Positions 47,566 through 57,464 of a stretch of 64,000 nt of DNA are shown piece after piece. Numbering within the stretch: position 1 is the first letter of the stretch; each line of letters starts with the position of its first letter. The DNA lies in assembly GCA_963662625.1 (NCBI GenBank), contig OY759726.1, positions 1,088,001-1,152,000 on the forward strand, in the 5' to 3' direction. Below the pieces are notes generated by a model. That model made no database searches. It was not told the origin of the DNA and worked only from the letters and a program-made list of their open reading frames with translations. The position numbers and the translations under genes were made by a program. The DNA is from Nitrosopumilus sp. (lineage in GTDB: Archaea > Thermoproteota > Nitrososphaeria > Nitrososphaerales > Nitrosopumilaceae).

Positions 47566-48828
47566 ATGAAGACGTCGACGTCGCTTCTGGTCTTGCTGGC
47601 TGCGGCCGTGGCGATCGCGACCCCTGTCCAGGCGTTCGCGGCATCAGAGCCAGACGAGCCGGATCCTTCCCGCGACTTTGCAATCAACGGCGCGGGGGCC
47701 ACGTTCCCATACCCGCTGATCGACCTCTGGAGGGTGGAATACAACAAGCTGTACCCCAACGTCAGCCTCAACTACCAGGCCATCGGAAGCGGCGGCGGGG
47801 TGAGCCAGCACGAGAACAACACGGTGAACTTTGCGGCGTCCGACGCCCCGCTGACGCGGTCCGAGATGGAACGCGTGCCTGGCTCGCTGCAGATCCCTGA
47901 ATCGCTAGGCGGCGTGGCCGTGGCATACAACATACCAGAAGTACCGGACAAGGGGCTGAAGATTACCGGGAGCGCGCTGGCCGACATCTACCTCGGGAAG
48001 ATCACGAGATGGAACGACCCACAGATCGCGCAGCCCAACCCGGGGCTGGACCTCCCGGACGCGGAGATAGTGGTGGCCAGCCGGGCCGACGGATCCGGCA
48101 CGACGTTCGTGTTCACGGACTACCTGTCCGCGGTAAGCCAGGAGTGGTTCGACGTAGTGGGCAAGGGCAAGAGCGTACCGTGGCCCACCGGCCTTGGCGG
48201 AAAAGGGAACTTCGGCGTAGCCGAAATAGTCCGGAGCACGCCGTATGCCATAGGCTACGTGGAACTGGCGTACGTGTTCCAGGCAAACATGTCGTATGCC
48301 TACGTCCAGAACGCGGAGGGAACCGCGTTCATCGAGCCGACCCTGGAGACGATCTCGGAGGCGTCGGACGGCGTGGCGTCAAGCCTGCCGGCAGCCGACG
48401 GGGACTGGAGCCAGGTGACGCTGGTAAACGCGCCGGGCCAGAACTCGTACCCGATCGCGAGCTTCACGTACCTGCTCCTGTACGAAGACATGTCGGGGAG
48501 CACGGCGTCAGTCGAGGAGGCAAAGGCATTGGTCCACATGGTATACTGGATGATCACCGACGGCCAGATGCACTCCGAGTCGCTGCTGTACGTCCCGTTG
48601 TCAGACTCGGTGGCGGAGATCGGCAAGCAGGGGCTTGCAAAGGTAAGGTACGGGGATCAGGTGCTGTTCGACTATGACGGGCCGCAGGACGCAGGCCAGC
48701 AGGCCGGCTACGCGATACCCGGCTGGATCAAGGACAACGCCAGGTGGTGGGCAGACGGCCTGATCAGCGACGAGGAATACGTCAACGCGCTGCAGTACCT
48801 TGTGTCTCAGGGCATCCTCAAAATCTGA
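47566..48828 (+). CDS. pstS: Phosphate ABC transporter substrate-binding protein with a C-terminal thaumarchaeal IPxWIK...WW domain
   Basis: GAGATFPYPL, YQAIGSGGG, FAASD, RADGSGTT, IGYVE, YPI; C-terminal IPGWIKDNARWWADGLISDEEYVNALQYL. Confidence 0.93.
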   Translation: MKTSTSLLVLLAAAVAIATPVQAFAASEPDEPDPSRDFAINGAGATFPYPLIDLWRVEYNKLYPNVSLNYQAIGSGGGVSQHENNTVNFAASDAPLTRSEMERVPGSLQIPESLGGVAVAYNIPEVPDKGLKITGSALADIYLGKITRWNDPQIAQPNPGLDLPDAEIVVASRADGSGTTFVFTDYLSAVSQEWFDVVGKGKSVPWPTGLGGKGNFGVAEIVRSTPYAIGYVELAYVFQANMSYAYVQNAEGTAFIEPTLETISEASDGVASSLPAADGDWSQVTLVNAPGQNSYPIASFTYLLLYEDMSGSTASVEEAKALVHMVYWMITDGQMHSESLLYVPLSDSVAEIGKQGLAKVRYGDQVLFDYDGPQDAGQQAGYAIPGWIKDNARWWADGLISDEEYVNALQYLVSQGILKI

Positions 48829-49060
48829 CTTTCCTTCGTGCCTTTCGTGCCTTGCCGGGCCGGGAGCCCGGGGACTGCCACGCGTCTTTGCGACCCCAGC
48901 ATGCGGCGCCGGACCCCAATCCTGCCTCCCGGGGCGCCTGCAGACGGACGCGTCACGCGCTGGCCGGTAGGGCGCGCCGCCGCCCGCTCGGGGGGGGGGG
49001 CACCGCTCCGGGGGATCCGCGGGACGCCGGGGGCAGTACACGGGCCGGCACGCGTGCGCC

Positions 49061-49410
49061 GCAACGCGGCCGGCCGTGCTTCTGGCCCGGATCCATCCCC
49101 GGCCATGGCGCGTACCGCGGCAAAAAGGCCGTGGCAACGATCGGGGGAAGGGCCGGCCGGAACGCAAGCCCGTCTCCGGCCGCAGCCCCTGCACAAATGA
49201 CACGCACTGCAACGATCGGGAGGGGCCGGCCGGAACGGCGGGACTTGATGCGGTGGAGGCAGGCGAGTCGGTAATAAGCGACGATCGGGAGGGGCTGCCC
49301 GGAACGGCTGGACTCCCTGCACGCTGCGCTTCCGTGACGCCGCAGACATCGCCGCAAAGCCGCCGCTCCGCGGGGAACGGCTGGACTATGGCACGTCACG
49401 CTTCCGTGAT
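49061..49410. repeat. Degenerate direct repeats (consensus ~GCAACGATCGGGAGGGGCCGGCCGGAACGGCTGGACT) with ~69-75 bp period
   Basis: Good copies start at 49134, 49209 and 49278. Partial copies are at 49061 (GCAACG-CGGCCGGCCG) and 49374 (GGAACGGCTGGACT). Confidence 0.7.
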
Positions 49411-50427
49411 CACTGTCTGGACGGCCCCGTCCATGACGGCCTCCGCTATGTCGCTCGAGTACTCTGCCGTCCGCCTTATGTCCTCCAGGATCAGCTTCAG
49501 CGTGGCGACGTTGCCGTCCTGCCGCAGCCCGTCCATGAGCTTCTCCTCCCGCTCGATCACCTTGTAGACGTTCGACGCGACGTTCTCTGCCATCAGGTAG
49601 TCGCGTTTTGCGAGCGCCGTCATCGAGCTCTCGAAGATTTCAAGTGACTTGTTGCTTATTGCCTCCATCTCCCTGATGATCCGCCGGTCGACCGGGGCCT
49701 TCAGGTACTTTATCTTCTTTGCGATGAGGGCCCCGTGGTCGGCGATCCTTTCGACGCACTTTACTATGACCCTGTACCCCATGCACTCCGACGGCTTTTC
49801 CAGGCCCGAGTCGATCATGATCGGTATGTTTTCCAGGGCCAGGTTGAGGTTGCGCATCATGTACAGGCTGAACCTGTCGACCTCGTCGTCCATCTTCACC
49901 ACCTCGTCGCCGTAATCCGTGTCCAGCTCCTTCAGCGCGCGTACCGCGTCGCGGTGCATGTTGGTCGCCGTGATGTGCATCCTCCTCAGCACCACGCTGA
50001 ACGGGAGCTGCGAGAGCTGGGTCAGGACCTGCAGGACGATCCGCTCGGAGCTCGCCTCGATGATTTCGGTGCCCATGAGGGTGGTGCGCACCAGGTCACG
50101 GATTATGCCCCTGTGGCTGCTGTGGATCTCCATCCCCCTGGTCTTCACCTCTATGATGTTGTACCCCGCAAGATAGATGGCGATGATCTTCCGCCTTATC
50201 GACTCCTTGGAGTCGCCCTTGGCCACCACCGTGACGGCGCGGACCCTGCCGTCCGCCCCGTCCCGGAACAGCGTTATGGACCTGTTCGGGTTCCTCGTCA
50301 GGGACACGTACGAGCCCGCCTCGAACTCCAGGTCGTCCACCCACCCCTTTGGAAGCGAGACCACGTATGTCGAGCCGCCGACCAGCTGTAGCCTCCTGGT
50401 CTGCGTGCTGTCGTTGATTATTTGCAA
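49396..50427 (-). CDS. Phosphate uptake regulator (AbrB/SpoVT N-terminal domain plus tandem PhoU domains)
   Basis: RRLQLVGGSTYVVSLPKGW, DDEVDRF, ERIADH, RRTAEYSSDIAE. Confidence 0.9.
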   Translation of the reverse strand: MQIINDSTQTRRLQLVGGSTYVVSLPKGWVDDLEFEAGSYVSLTRNPNRSITLFRDGADGRVRAVTVVAKGDSKESIRRKIIAIYLAGYNIIEVKTRGMEIHSSHRGIIRDLVRTTLMGTEIIEASSERIVLQVLTQLSQLPFSVVLRRMHITATNMHRDAVRALKELDTDYGDEVVKMDDEVDRFSLYMMRNLNLALENIPIMIDSGLEKPSECMGYRVIVKCVERIADHGALIAKKIKYLKAPVDRRIIREMEAISNKSLEIFESSMTALAKRDYLMAENVASNVYKVIEREEKLMDGLRQDGNVATLKLILEDIRRTAEYSSDIAEAVMDGAVQTVITEA

Positions 50428-50557
50428 CTGTGGTGGTGTTTAGTCGCCATCTGGCTATACCGCTTTAGTGAATAGTCTATATAGTTACTATATTTGGCTC
50501 ATACCCTACGTAATTTATGTGCAATTTTCAGATAACGTATTTTTCCGTGGACGCCTT

Positions 50558-51529
50558 ATGGAACGGGCCCCCGAGTCACGCATGCGAAAACGGGCGCACG
50601 CGGACAAGATCTTCAGGCTCGGCGCGACGGTGGCGGGAACGTTCGTGCTTGCGATCATCGTCCTGATGGTGTTCGAGCTGACCGTCGGGTCGTACGCCAT
50701 ATGGGACAAGGAGGGGATCGGCTTTGCCACCGGGACCGACTGGAACGCCGTCGAGGGCAGGGAGTCGTTCGGCGCGCTCCCGTACGTGCTCGGCACCCTT
50801 GTCACGGCCGGCCTGGCCATGGCCATCGGGGTCCCGCTGAGCATCGGGATCGCCATGTTCGTCTCCGACGCGCCCCCGAAGATCGGCGGCCCGCTGGGGT
50901 TCCTGGTGGAGCTTTTGGCGGCGGTCCCGAGCGTGATCTACGGCCTCTGGGGGCTGTACGTGTTCAAGGAGCCGTTTGCCGAGTTCATCGAGAAGCCGCT
51001 GCACTCGGCGTTTGGCGACAGCATATTCCTGTTTTCGGGGGTGCCGTTCGGGCTGGACATCTTCACCGCCAGCATAATCCTCGCAATCATGATCATCCCC
51101 ACGGTGTCCGCGGTGGCAAGGGAGATAATGAGGGCGGTTCCCCAGCAGCAAAAGGAGGCGGCGTACATGCTGGGAGCCACGAGGTGGGAGATGTTCAGGC
51201 TCGCGATATTCCCGTACTCCAAGACGGGGCTGATCGGCGCGTCTATCCTGGGGCTAGGGAGGGCCGTCGGGGAGACCATGGCGGTCACCATGCTGATCGG
51301 CAACGCCACGGGCGCAAACGCCATCCCGTCGTCGCTGTTCAAGCCGAGCCAGACCATGTCCAGCATAGTCGCAAACGAGTTCGTCGAGGCGTCCCCGGCA
51401 GGCCTGCACCTTCCCGCCCTGATCGGCGTCGCGCTGATACTCCTGGGGATAGCGGTCTGCATAAACGTGGTGGCGCACGTCCTCGTCACCAGGATGATGA
51501 AGGTCAAGGAGGGGGCGATAAACAATTGA
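50558..51529 (+). CDS. pstC: Phosphate ABC transporter permease PstC
   Basis: ELLAAVPSVIYGLWG, GRAVGETMAV; ATG at 50558. Confidence 0.93.
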   Translation: MERAPESRMRKRAHADKIFRLGATVAGTFVLAIIVLMVFELTVGSYAIWDKEGIGFATGTDWNAVEGRESFGALPYVLGTLVTAGLAMAIGVPLSIGIAMFVSDAPPKIGGPLGFLVELLAAVPSVIYGLWGLYVFKEPFAEFIEKPLHSAFGDSIFLFSGVPFGLDIFTASIILAIMIIPTVSAVAREIMRAVPQQQKEAAYMLGATRWEMFRLAIFPYSKTGLIGASILGLGRAVGETMAVTMLIGNATGANAIPSSLFKPSQTMSSIVANEFVEASPAGLHLPALIGVALILLGIAVCINVVAHVLVTRMMKVKEGAINN

Positions 51530-52452
51530 CGACGATTGCCAAGCGGCAGGAATACAGGAAGCTCTTCAAGCAGAACGTGGCAAGGAGGCTGCTGGTAGAC
51601 AAGGCGGTGAGGCTGGCGGTCATCGCGTGCGTGATCACGGCCATCGTCCCCCTCGGGAGCATAATAGTCGAGGTGTTCAGGAACGGGATCGCCGCGATGA
51701 GCATCGAGTTCCTCACGCAGACCCCGGGGGCGGTCGGCTCCGGGGACGGTGGGATAGGGCCGGCCATCCAGGGCACGCTGATCGTCGTGGGCCTGGCAAG
51801 CCTGATCGGGGGGCCCATAGGGCTGATGTCGGGGATATTCCTGGCGGAGTTCGGGGACAACAGGCTTGCCAGGTCGGTAAGGTTCTTCAACGACGTCTTC
51901 ATGGAGTTCCCGTCGATCGTCCTGGGGATATTCGCGTTCTTGGTCATAGTGCTGGTCTTTGGCAACTTTTCGGTATGGGCGGGGGCGTTCGCGTTGGCGC
52001 TGATAATGTTCCCCATAGTGGCAAGGACCACCGAGGAGTCCCTGAAGATGGTGCCAGTCACCTACAGGGAGGCCGGCATAGCGCTGGGCCTCAAGCAGTG
52101 GGTGGTGATCATCAGGGTGGTGATGGCGGCCGCGAAAAGCGGCCTAGTGACGGGGGTGCTCCTTTCGGTGGCAAGGATAGGGGGCGAGACCGCCCCGCTC
52201 ATCATGACGATACTGGGCAGCAGCATATTCTTCAGGAGCTTCGACGCGCCCATGGACGCGCTGCCGCTGAGGATATGGACCCTGTCGCTGCTGCCGTACG
52301 ACAGCGCGCAGCTCCACGGGTGGGGCTCGGCGCTGGTCCTGATCATGATCATACTGGCCATAAACCTGGGGGTGAGGTACGCCGTGCTGAGGAAGAAGAA
52401 CTCCGGCATACTGGGCGGGCTCTTCAGCCAGATGGGGGGCGGCAGGAAATGA
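51526..52452 (+). CDS. pstA: Phosphate ABC transporter permease PstA
   Basis: The TTG start overlaps the pstC stop; PSIVLG, RTTEESL, ARIGGETAPL. Confidence 0.92.
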   Translation: MTTIAKRQEYRKLFKQNVARRLLVDKAVRLAVIACVITAIVPLGSIIVEVFRNGIAAMSIEFLTQTPGAVGSGDGGIGPAIQGTLIVVGLASLIGGPIGLMSGIFLAEFGDNRLARSVRFFNDVFMEFPSIVLGIFAFLVIVLVFGNFSVWAGAFALALIMFPIVARTTEESLKMVPVTYREAGIALGLKQWVVIIRVVMAAAKSGLVTGVLLSVARIGGETAPLIMTILGSSIFFRSFDAPMDALPLRIWTLSLLPYDSAQLHGWGSALVLIMIILAINLGVRYAVLRKKNSGILGGLFSQMGGGRK

Positions 52453-53279
52453 CCCTGAACATAGAGCCCGGGTTCGTCCAGTCACAGGACATGTCGGAGC
52501 CGCAAGCCGGCCCCGAGGGGGAGAGGCTCAAGATGGTCGCAGAAAACGTGACGATATCCTACAGCGGCATACCGGCGGTGAAGGACGTCACGATGAAGTT
52601 CAGGGAGAAGACGGTCACCGCGCTGATAGGGCCGTCGGGCTGCGGCAAGACCACGTTTCTCAGGTGCCTCAACAGGATGCACGACATGACAAAAAACGCC
52701 GAGGTGCGGGGCAAGGTCATGATCGACGGGATCGACCTCTATTCCAAGGAGATCGACCCGATCTACCACCGGAGGAAGGTGGGTATGGTGTTCCAAAAGC
52801 CGAACCCGTTCCCGACGATGTCGATCTACGACAACGTGACCGCGGGGCTGCGCCTCAACGGCGTAAGGGACAAGAAGATCCTCGGCGAGATAGTGGAGGA
52901 CGCGCTGAACATGGCATACCTGTGGGACGAGGTGAAAGACGACCTGAAAAAGCCGGCGCTCGAGCTGTCAGGCGGGCAACAGCAGAGGCTGTGCATCGCG
53001 CGCGCGCTCGCCATACAGCCGGAGGTGCTGCTGATGGACGAGCCGGCGTCGGCGCTGGATCCCATCGCCACGCAGAAGATCGAGGAGACGATCACCAAGC
53101 TGAAGGAGGAGTTTACCATAATCATCGTCACGCACAACATGCAGCAGGCGGTGCGCGTCTCGGACTATACCGGGTTCATGTACCTAGGGGACCTGATAGA
53201 GTTTGAGGAAACGAAGCGGCTCTTCGAGGATCCGAAGAGCGAGCTTACCGCGAAATACGTCCAGGGCCAGTTCGGATAA
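52449..53279 (+). CDS. pstB: Phosphate ABC transporter ATPase PstB
   Basis: GPSGCGKTT, FQKPNPF, LSGGQQQRLCIARA, MDEPASALDP, VTHNMQQA. Confidence 0.95.
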   Translation: MTLNIEPGFVQSQDMSEPQAGPEGERLKMVAENVTISYSGIPAVKDVTMKFREKTVTALIGPSGCGKTTFLRCLNRMHDMTKNAEVRGKVMIDGIDLYSKEIDPIYHRRKVGMVFQKPNPFPTMSIYDNVTAGLRLNGVRDKKILGEIVEDALNMAYLWDEVKDDLKKPALELSGGQQQRLCIARALAIQPEVLLMDEPASALDPIATQKIEETITKLKEEFTIIIVTHNMQQAVRVSDYTGFMYLGDLIEFEETKRLFEDPKSELTAKYVQGQFG

Positions 53280-53914
53280 TGCCCAGGCTGATAGACCCCT
53301 CGCTTGACAGGCTCTCAAGCATAATGTCGGAGATGGGGGAGCTGGTGACCGAGTGCATCTCGCTTGCGGTGGACTCGTACCTGGAGGGAAAGGACACCTC
53401 GGACAGGGTGTACGAGCTGTCCGAGGAGATACGCAGCAAGTACTTCGAGACCGAGGACATCATCTTCGACGTGCTGCTGAAATACCAGCCGGTGGCGATC
53501 GACTTCAGGCTGATCCGCTCGTCCACCGAGATAGCGTACGCGTTCTCGCGGTTCGGCAGGTATTCCTATGACATAACGCTGGTGCGTGACCTGTTCGGGG
53601 ACATCTCCTCCTGCAAAAACGACGCCCTGGTCGAAATCTCGGAGAAGGTAAAGCACATCGTGAGGGAGGCGGTCATGTCCCTTGCCGAGCTGGACGTGGG
53701 GAGGGCGGTGAGGATCCAGGAGGACGAGTACTTTATCGACAGGATCTACAGGGAGCGGCTGCCAAAACTGATCGCGCTCAACGACACAAAGTGCGCGCTC
53801 ACGGAGGCCCTGCTGCTGCGGTACCTGGAGCGGATGGGCGACCACGCGCTGTTCATGAGCGACGCCATAAACTACATAGTCACGGGAAAGCACACGCCCG
53901 TGAGGGGGCGCTAG
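53279..53914 (+). CDS. phoU: PhoU-family phosphate transport regulator
   Basis: YQPVAIDFR, YLERMGDHA; last gene of the pstCAB operon. Confidence 0.9.
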   Translation: MPRLIDPSLDRLSSIMSEMGELVTECISLAVDSYLEGKDTSDRVYELSEEIRSKYFETEDIIFDVLLKYQPVAIDFRLIRSSTEIAYAFSRFGRYSYDITLVRDLFGDISSCKNDALVEISEKVKHIVREAVMSLAELDVGRAVRIQEDEYFIDRIYRERLPKLIALNDTKCALTEALLLRYLERMGDHALFMSDAINYIVTGKHTPVRGR

Positions 53915-54049
53915 CGCACGCGGCGGCCAGGCCAGGCGCGCCCATGATCCGCGCGCGGCCCGCCGGGACGTGCCCCGGGAGCCGGATCCGGGCCGCTTTT
54001 GGAGGGCCGAAGGCAACACAGATTAAGCGAGCGCCACGTTAGGAGTGGC

Positions 54050-54451
54050 ATGGCCGAGGATCCGGAGATCGAGAGGATAAAGCAGAGGAAGCTGGAGGAG
54101 ATGCTGAGGCAGCAGAACCGGCCCCCCGCGGAGCCCGGCGTCGCGGACCTCGACGGCCGGGACTTTGACCGGGCAGTCTCCGCAGAGGGCCCCACGCTGG
54201 TGGACTTTTGGGCCGAGTGGTGCGGCCCGTGCAAGATGATGCACCCGGTGTTCGAGAGCATGTCGAGGAAGTACCCGGGGGTAAGGTTCGCGAGGGTGAA
54301 CGTTGACCGGAACCAGGAAGTCGCGGCGAGGTTCGGGGTGCAGTCGATCCCGACCTTCATAATGTTCAGGTCGGGGCGCCCCGTGGAGAGGATGATGGGG
54401 GCGGTGGGGGCCCCCGGGATCCACATGATCTGCAAAAAACACTCGGGCTAG
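54050..54451 (+). CDS. trxA: Thioredoxin
   Basis: DFWAEWCGPCK, VQSIPT, N-terminal DPEIERIKQRKL extension. Confidence 0.92.
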   Translation: MAEDPEIERIKQRKLEEMLRQQNRPPAEPGVADLDGRDFDRAVSAEGPTLVDFWAEWCGPCKMMHPVFESMSRKYPGVRFARVNVDRNQEVAARFGVQSIPTFIMFRSGRPVERMMGAVGAPGIHMICKKHSG

Positions 54452-56229
54452 TACGCGTATGCCGCGTCCCTGCCCCTCTGGATCCTGACGATCTCAGCTA
54501 GCACGTCCCGCTCTTCGGGGCCGAGCTTGTGCTGGAACCGGCCCAGCAGCTTCTTAGCCTCGTGGGACTTGGGAAGCGTGTAGAAGACGTCCTCCTCGAA
54601 CACGTGCCTGCCCACCGTAGCGTGCTGCACGGAGCACGCGACCTCCTGGCCGGCCCCGGCAGACGCGACAGTCTTCCCGTCGTGCTGCAGCTGGTGGACG
54701 GCGCCTATCCTGCGCCCCCCCGAGTTCATGAACGGCGCCTTCTGGCGCAGCGTCCCCGCGTCCACCCTTATCCCGAACACCGCGGGGTTGTTGTTCCTAA
54801 ACACGTACCCCTTGAGGAACGTGAACTTGGAGACCGGGGTGATCTCCGCGAAGACCGAGTCCTCCTCGTGCGCGGCGTCCTCCTCGACCCACGCGTTGTA
54901 CCCGTCGATGAGGCTGTAGATCACCCTGTCCTCAAACACCCGTACAAAGCTGTTCTCCGCCTCCTCCCTCGCGTCGGGAAGGACCCTGACGTTGAACGCC
55001 AGGACGACGCCGAGGTGCCTGTCGTTCTCCTTGACGGCCCTGGCCTCCACGACGTCCCTCCTGGTGACGGGGCCTATGTCTGCCTTTGCCACCGGCACTT
55101 GCGAGCGGTGGAGCATCCCGACTACCGCCTCGAGCGACCCTATGGTGTCGCACTTGAGGGTGACCCCGTTGGTCTCGGTATCGACGAAGACGGACTTTAT
55201 CTCCGACTCGATCTGCTCGGTGAACCTCCTGATCTCCGCGTCGTCGGACGCCACGTACAGCGTGCTCCCGGGAAGCACGCCCTCGAGATCCGGCGAGGCG
55301 ATCTTCACGCCAGCCGCCGCGTCGACCCTCTGCACCGGCTTGAACTTGTCCCTGGGATCCCGCATCTCGTCGAGCGGCTTCGGCAGGAGGATCGCCTTGG
55401 GCCTGGCGACCACCACGGAGTCCCTCCTTGCCACCACCATGCTGTCTCCCTTCCTGATGGCCCCGTCGATCAGGATGACGTTTGCGGTCTGGCCTAGGCC
55501 AACCTCGTCGTTTACCTCCAGGACTATCCCGCGCGGATCCTTCTCCTGCTGGTCCAGGCGCCGCTTGAGGTACTGCTGCGTCAGGCCGACGAGCACCGCG
55601 AGTAGTTCCGGGATCCCGGTGCCCAGCCTGGCGGAGATCGGTACTATCGAGACCTCCGACTTGAAGTCCTTCACCCGGTAGAACGCCTCCGACTGGTACC
55701 CCAGTATGGACATGGTGCCCACGACGTCGTAGATCTTTTGATCCAGGTCGGCCTGGACCGAGGCGTCCTGCTCCTTGATCGCCTGGGAGATGAACGCCGT
55801 CTCGGACTTGCGCCAGCCGGACAGCTGGTCGCACTTGTTCAGCGCGATGACGAACGGGACCTTCCTGCCCTGCAGTATGCTCAGGCTCTCGTTTGTCTGG
55901 GGCTGGAACCCCCTGCTGGCGTCCACCACGAGTATCGCGATGTCGGCCGCAGACCCGCCCCTGGACCTCAGGTTTCTGAACACCTCGTGCCCGGGGGTGT
56001 CGATAACCAGGATGCCGGGGATCCTGCTCTCGGCCCCTTCGAGCTTTTTGTACAGGGGGCCGCACGCCTTCTTGAGGGTCTCGGCGGGGAGGAAGCTGGC
56101 GCCTATGTGCTGGGTTATCCCGCCCGCCTCGCGGCCCTGCACCCCGGTGCCGCGGATCCTGTCAAGGAGGGATGTCTTTCCAGAGTCTACGTGGCCTAGG
56201 ACTGCCACGATGGGCTGGCGGATCTGCAA
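54448..56229 (-). CDS. infB: Translation initiation factor aIF5B (IF-2)
   Basis: GHVDSGKT, GGITQHIGA, DTPGHE, NKCD; no intein. Confidence 0.96.
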   Translation of the reverse strand: MQIRQPIVAVLGHVDSGKTSLLDRIRGTGVQGREAGGITQHIGASFLPAETLKKACGPLYKKLEGAESRIPGILVIDTPGHEVFRNLRSRGGSAADIAILVVDASRGFQPQTNESLSILQGRKVPFVIALNKCDQLSGWRKSETAFISQAIKEQDASVQADLDQKIYDVVGTMSILGYQSEAFYRVKDFKSEVSIVPISARLGTGIPELLAVLVGLTQQYLKRRLDQQEKDPRGIVLEVNDEVGLGQTANVILIDGAIRKGDSMVVARRDSVVVARPKAILLPKPLDEMRDPRDKFKPVQRVDAAAGVKIASPDLEGVLPGSTLYVASDDAEIRRFTEQIESEIKSVFVDTETNGVTLKCDTIGSLEAVVGMLHRSQVPVAKADIGPVTRRDVVEARAVKENDRHLGVVLAFNVRVLPDAREEAENSFVRVFEDRVIYSLIDGYNAWVEEDAAHEEDSVFAEITPVSKFTFLKGYVFRNNNPAVFGIRVDAGTLRQKAPFMNSGGRRIGAVHQLQHDGKTVASAGAGQEVACSVQHATVGRHVFEEDVFYTLPKSHEAKKLLGRFQHKLGPEERDVLAEIVRIQRGRDAAYAY

Positions 56230-56235
56230 GCCGGA

Positions 56236-56637
56236 TCACTCAAACGCTACCCTCGACTCGTGTTCAAAACTCGCCTGCGAGTCCGACGCGTGGATGATGT
56301 TGTCGGTAAAGCCCAGGCCAAAGTCGCCCCTGATGGAGCCGGGTGAGGCCTCGAACGATTTCGTGGCGCCTACCATTATCCTGGTGGTCGCGACGGCGTT
56401 GTTTCCCTCGATTACCGCGGCGACCACGGGGCCCGACGTGATAAACGACGTCAGGTCCCCGAAGAACGGCTTGTCCTTGTGGACGCCGTAAAAGCTCTCG
56501 GCCTGCTCCCGCGTAAACGTGAACATCTTCAGCTTCAGGACCTTGAACCCCTTTCTCTCGAACCTGGCGATGACCTCGCCGGACAGGTTCCTGGCCACCG
56601 CGTCCGGCTTTATGATGAACAGCGTCCGCTCGGGCAT
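56236..56637 (-). CDS. ndk: Nucleoside diphosphate kinase
   Basis: IIKPDAV, PGSIRGDF, NIIHASDS. Confidence 0.96.
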   Translation of the reverse strand: MPERTLFIIKPDAVARNLSGEVIARFERKGFKVLKLKMFTFTREQAESFYGVHKDKPFFGDLTSFITSGPVVAAVIEGNNAVATTRIMVGATKSFEASPGSIRGDFGLGFTDNIIHASDSQASFEHESRVAFE

Positions 56638-56638
56638 C

Positions 56639-56839
56639 TCACTTCCTCCTGATTCCGCCCTTTACGTACTTGTTGGTCCACTTTAGCTTCCTCGGGTCGC
56701 GCTTGAGCACCAGCGCGTTCTTCTTGCATTTTGCGGAGCAGAACCACAGGACGGTGCCGTCGTTCTTCGCGAGCATCGTGCCCGAGCCCTTTGCCACGGG
56801 CCGGTCGCAGAAGTTGCAGGGTTTGACTAGTACGCTCAT
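56639..56839 (-). CDS. rpl24e: 50S ribosomal protein L24e
   Basis: CNFC...G.G...NDG.V..FCS.KC...R.PRKLKWT. Confidence 0.95.
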   Translation of the reverse strand: MSVLVKPCNFCDRPVAKGSGTMLAKNDGTVLWFCSAKCKKNALVLKRDPRKLKWTNKYVKGGIRRK

Positions 56840-56851
56840 TTCCCAATCCGC

Positions 56852-57064
56852 CTACTTTATCTTCTTAGCTTCCCGCTCCGTCTCCCGCAGCATCAGGATC
56901 TCCCCCAGCCTGACGGAGCCCTTGACGTTTCGGGTCAGGATCCTGCCCTTGTCCTTGCCGGTCAGGACCTTGACCCTCACCTGTATTACCTCGCCGGCGA
57001 TGCCGGTCCTCCCCACGATTTGGATGATCTCAGACTGGGTTACTTCTTCTGCAGTTTCGCTCAT
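56852..57064 (-). CDS. rps28e: 30S ribosomal protein S28e
   Basis: [28 protein letters not shown]. Confidence 0.95.
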   Translation of the reverse strand: MSETAEEVTQSEIIQIVGRTGIAGEVIQVRVKVLTGKDKGRILTRNVKGSVRLGEILMLRETEREAKKIK

Positions 57065-57447
57065 TGATCAGTCTTTCCACCTTTAATCTTGTTAATCGAC
57101 GCCACGACCTGGTCCACGATGTGCTGCGCGTCGCCCGCGTCCAAAATCGCAGCGGCCGCAGAGGTGATGTCGATTCCGAGCGAGCTGCCCAGTTCCTGCT
57201 TGCTCGGGACGAACGCGTAGGCCGCGCCCTGTTCCTCGCACAGGATCGGGAGGTGCGCCACCACCTCGGGCGGCTCGACGTCCTCGGCAATCACGATCAG
57301 CTTGCTGGTCCCGCGCTCGATGGCCTTGGTGGCCTCGTTGGTGCCCTTCCGCACCTTGCCGCTGGTGGACGCCACCCTTACCGCCTCCAGTATGGGATTG
57401 ACAAGATCCCCCGGAGTCTCGAATTTCACGTAATAAGCCTTACCCAT
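57061..57447 (-). CDS. rpl7ae: 50S ribosomal protein L7Ae
   Basis: [28 protein letters not shown]; ATG at 57447. Confidence 0.96.
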   Translation of the reverse strand: MGKAYYVKFETPGDLVNPILEAVRVASTSGKVRKGTNEATKAIERGTSKLIVIAEDVEPPEVVAHLPILCEEQGAAYAFVPSKQELGSSLGIDITSAAAAILDAGDAQHIVDQVVASINKIKGGKTDQ

Positions 57448-57464
57448 GCCAGTCACCCAGGGGA

